64,000 nt of DNA, from the NCBI GenBank assembly GCA_036867785.1, contig CP145420.1:62001-126000 (forward strand), written 5' to 3'. The notes under the pieces were generated by a model. The model did not search any database. It was not told the origin of the DNA and worked only from the letters and a program-made list of their open reading frames with translations. Below are positions 60,358 through 64,000 of this stretch, piece by piece (the first letter of the stretch is position 1; every line of letters begins with the position of its first letter). The DNA comes from Plasmodiophora brassicae (taxonomy: Eukaryota). The translations under genes and the position numbers were made by a program.

Positions 60358-62541
60358 TCACTGGGCTTCATTGCGTGGCGATTCTTCCAGCAACGATGGC
60401 TCACTGGCGTCTTCGGGCGTCCACTCGAGAGGTTCCCGCTTCATGACTTCACGAAGAAACACGGTAGCGTAGGACGACGATGGCAGGGAGAACTCGAGGC
60501 GTATCGCAACGTGGGCCCCGTCGGGAACCGACTCTGGCACGCCGGCGCCGCGCATCCGGTCCATATCGGTCAGCAGCAGCGGGGCCGTCTTGTCATCGTA
60601 ACGGACAACGTCCCAGTTCATGTCCGTTGGCTTGACGACGACATGGCGGTACGCGCCACATGCGCTGAAATCCTTTACGCGATGCTTCCACTTCTCCACT
60701 ACGTTCCAGGACGTTAGTCGTACAGCATTCACACGAATACGAACACTGACACGATAGGTTGTGCTCTGCGAGCAGATCCATGCAATGCTGACCGACAGCG
60801 TTCCCGGGCAGCTTGATGTCATACCCTGGCAGAGGAAGAACGACATCCTCAATCGTGTACCGCTCGACGGAATCGGCGTCAAGAACAATGACGCTGCGCT
60901 CGCGCCTGTACAAATCACGGCGTCAGGGACGCCGAACGAACCAGGTAGGGCAAGAGACGCACGGATCCGATCCGTCGAGGACGAGGTCGCCGACAACAGG
61001 TCGTGTGCTGTCGAGCTCCTTCAGGCGGAACGTAGCGAGACGGTTCCAGATGGCACTCTGGAAGGCATGGACGTACAGGAGGCGCATATTACGTGGCAGG
61101 CTACAGAGCGCGTTCACGAACGCGTTCGGCGACTGTTCGAGAGATCGCAGAATTATTCGTTCGATAAGGTCCCTCGGTTGCAGCCGTTCAAGCGTCCCTA
61201 ACCAGTGACAATGTCGGCGCCTTCACCGATACGAAGCACGCAATCGTACGAACCTTTGTAGTCGAACGATTCGCCAAAGTATTGCAAGGCGCTGCGAAGA
61301 TGCTCTTGTTGGGAATCCTGCGGAACGAGAATCAATGACACAGCAAGGTCGAACCTAGACCATACAACGAATGAGAAACTGCACGAAGCGAATATCGCAG
61401 CAGCCCAGACGTACCGCTCCTGCATGATGGCCATGCCAATCATGTGCGTCGACGCCGATCCTGTGCCGAATCGCTGCAATCCGAAATAGTTCACGAACCC
61501 GGCCTCGCGGACGGCATTCAATGACGCGTCAACGGCGGTCATTTCAGCACCATCCTCCAGCTGGACATCACGCAGGACAATTCCGAACCGATTGCCCTTC
61601 AGGCTGCCGAGCCTCGTGCTATCCTGGACGTAGCAGAAATTGCCCACACGAACGTCGTCTCTCAGGCGCGGCAAGCATCGGGCAATGGTTTGGGCGTCCG
61701 CTTTGAACATCGTGATCAGCTGTGTCGTTATCGCACGCCGGTCCTTGTTGCCTGCGTACTCAATCCTGCGTCCCCCTATCAGCATGCCGCCTGCACCAAC
61801 GGCACCCCTCTTCACATACCTCTTCTCGCTGATGCCCGTCACCTGCGACAATGCATGGATGGCCTTCATGGTATCGATATTCGCCTTGTGCAGCGTCATC
61901 TGCAGGTACTTGCAGTCACCACCAGGCCAGTCGGCGTCCCGATTCTTGAACGCGCTCGATGCCGATGGCCGCCCCAGCGAGACGCGGATCTCGCGATGCC
62001 CGTCTTCGGACGTCACCGTGTGGGAGAACACGCCACCTTCTGGGATGCGCTTGATCAACGCGTGGACAGCAGTCCGCTGCTCTTTGTCGTCAAAGACGCC
62101 CAGCGTCATCTCAGGAACATTCTTTCTATCAGCAGGCGGTTCCTGCGACACGAACGCTCGTAGCGCGTCGACATCGACATACTTGCGAAGGTCCTCCCAT
62201 GCGTCGGGCGGTTCCTCGTCGGCTTCGGCAGCCGGCACCTCATGTTTCGGGACATCGAACGATGTCAAATGCACCACGTTGCCGTTTAGGTCAATCTCGT
62301 TGACGATGAAATCGGAATACCGTTGTTTCACGGCAGCAGCAAGCGCCGGCCCAGGGCATCGCAGCAGCTCAATGCCAACATCGGCCCATTTGGCACGCAG
62401 CGACGTAATCATGCAGCGGCATTCCTCCAGCGCCTTGTCCAGCGATTTCGAGTCGCATGGTTCGTCGAGTCGTGGCCGGACGGATCTCGCGTGGCCCTGC
62501 TTGCGGGTTCGGGGCGGCCCCGCCCGCTTCCCACGAACCAT
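60358..62541 (-). CDS. PUS7: TruD-family pseudouridine synthase PUS7, multi-exon
   Basis: KQRYSDFIVNEID, YAGNKDRRAITTQ, LGSLKGNRFGIVLR, GFVNYFGLQRFG, LYVHAFQSAIWN, FSLPSSSYATVFLRE. Confidence 0.95.
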
Positions 62542-62716
62542 TGGCCTGAACTGCAGCCGTGCCACGGACTGCGCGGATGACCCTGCACGCAGCGAGGCCT
62601 GAGGCCCCCTTTCGGCATATATAGCACTGTTGCAACCGCCAGGCGATTGAGATACCTATGTAGAACGAATTGGATCGCGACCTGGTACCCAGGTTAGGCG
62701 CAGTGATAAGGCGGCC

Positions 62717-63619
62717 ATGGATGACGATACCGAGGTCGTCATGAAGATGGTGGCGGACGCGTTCGCTCGCGTCAAGGGCAATCGCCCGCACGTCACCAAA
62801 GCCGACCTCAGGAGGCAGATGAAAGACGTAGTGCAGCGCATTGGAGACACGCCCGTGGGATACTGATCGTAGAGCGACATGCAACAGTTGAATTCGATTG
62901 GGAGTGAGCTGGAAGGGCTGGCAGCGTCTCTGTACAACGACCTCAGTGTCGGCAAAGACGAAGACGAGTATATCGAACTTTCGGACTGGATGGACTTCTT
63001 CAAGCGGTCGAACGCGCAGAGCAAGATCAAGGTCGAGGACATCAACCTGATGATGGTGGTGCTGGGCTTCTGGCCCATCGACGAGCAAGTCAAGACCGAA
63101 TGGGCCAAGGTCTACTACTCGGTCCAGGCGCTGGATGCGCCGACCTCCCACCACCTGGTCAAGGCCGCCGAGGTCGTCCTCGACACCGAGAACATGGAGG
63201 AAGCCGAGGAGATTGTCGAGGATATTCTCTACGCGTTCATCCCCGACTACACTGAGAACCGGGTCCTTACCATGGTAACGCAATCGAGCGTGGGGACTCT
63301 GGTCTGGTCTTCTGATGGCAACGCTGGCGTAGTCGGAATGGCTGGGGTTCTGGGCACGGTTGGCCATCGAGGAGCCGCTGCCATCGCTGGCCCAGTTCCC
63401 GGCCATACGTCGGGCCATGCAGCGCGCCCGTCCAACCACACAGAAATCGCTGGATACAGTCCCCATAACGCACGACGAGATCTAGCCGACATCCTTTATA
63501 AAGACCAACATTGGCCCGCTGGGGACGCTGGCTTATCTAGAGTAGGTGTCACTCCCGCGAGTACCGGAAGTCGCATCCTGAGCGATGACGTTGTACTGAC
63601 GGAGCCCCAACCTTGGTGA
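62717..63619 (+). CDS. Hypothetical acidic protein with degenerate EF-hand-like helices; 3' end uncertain
   Basis: ATG 62717 divergent from PUS7; GC3-biased acidic exon (DLSVGKDEDEYIELSDWMDFF); probable donor GTAACG near 63274. Confidence 0.45.
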
Positions 63620-64000
63620 GCTGCCTGAAAGGCATGCGTTGGATATGGGATTCTCGAGCGCGCGTCCCACAAGGCACGAAAGAAGTCGGCGACGAAGATG
63701 GCGGCCCGCGTCGACAGCGATGCCGATGCCCGTCGAGATGCAGAGCGTGTTTCCCCAAACGCCAGGTCAAAGCATTGAAGCTTCGCTCAAGAATGACTAG
63801 AAACTCGATGCCATGTTTCGTCCTTCAAGTAACGGCCTGATAGGTATGTCGGCGAATCTGGCGTCAGAGAATGCACCGGCTGGCGGACCTGGACAGGCAC
63901 CGGGCAGGGACGTCAGGCGGGCTTGGGATGGGCCTAAAGCCAAATGGAACACTGGACGTTCACGATGGCGGAACAACGACAGAATGATTTAGTAGTTCGT

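Overview
This is GC-rich, gene-dense eukaryotic DNA with many short (~50-80 nt) GT-AG introns, often with a CTGAC/CTAAC branch motif. It is not prokaryotic. The gene content (CBM18, GH18/GH19-like proteins, a signal-peptide ankyrin protein, enolase with the EWGWS insertion) suggests a plasmodiophorid protist such as Plasmodiophora; this assignment is an inference. Conserved genes recognised by motif: intron-containing class II (B12-dependent) ribonucleotide reductase, YIF1, VIPAS39/SPE-39-like, NTMT1, mitochondrial L28, GH99 endomannosidase, SLC25 carrier, enolase, HMMR-like, AN1 zinc finger, SLC35E/TPT transporter, RRP45, GNL1 and PUS7. Secreted or surface candidates include a VWD-mucin, a protein with two catalytically degenerate GH19 domains, a protein with two motif-degenerate GH18 domains and a TM helix, a CBM18 protein, an ankyrin protein and two LRR paralogues. 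Rearranged accessory patches lie at about 10.6-22.9, 30.7-35.4, 43.8-44.6 and 54.6-60.1 kb. The most notable observations are: (1) three independent long fold-back palindromes built from gene fragments, two with cognate ORFs nearby; (2) a 206-bp retro-insertion with a 13-bp target-site duplication and an (AACTT)4 tail, whose empty site is present in the same window; (3) duplicated LRR genes with one repeat per phase-2 exon and amino-acid-biased divergence; (4) several apparently disarmed chitinase-fold proteins. Spliced gene boundaries were read by eye and are approximate.
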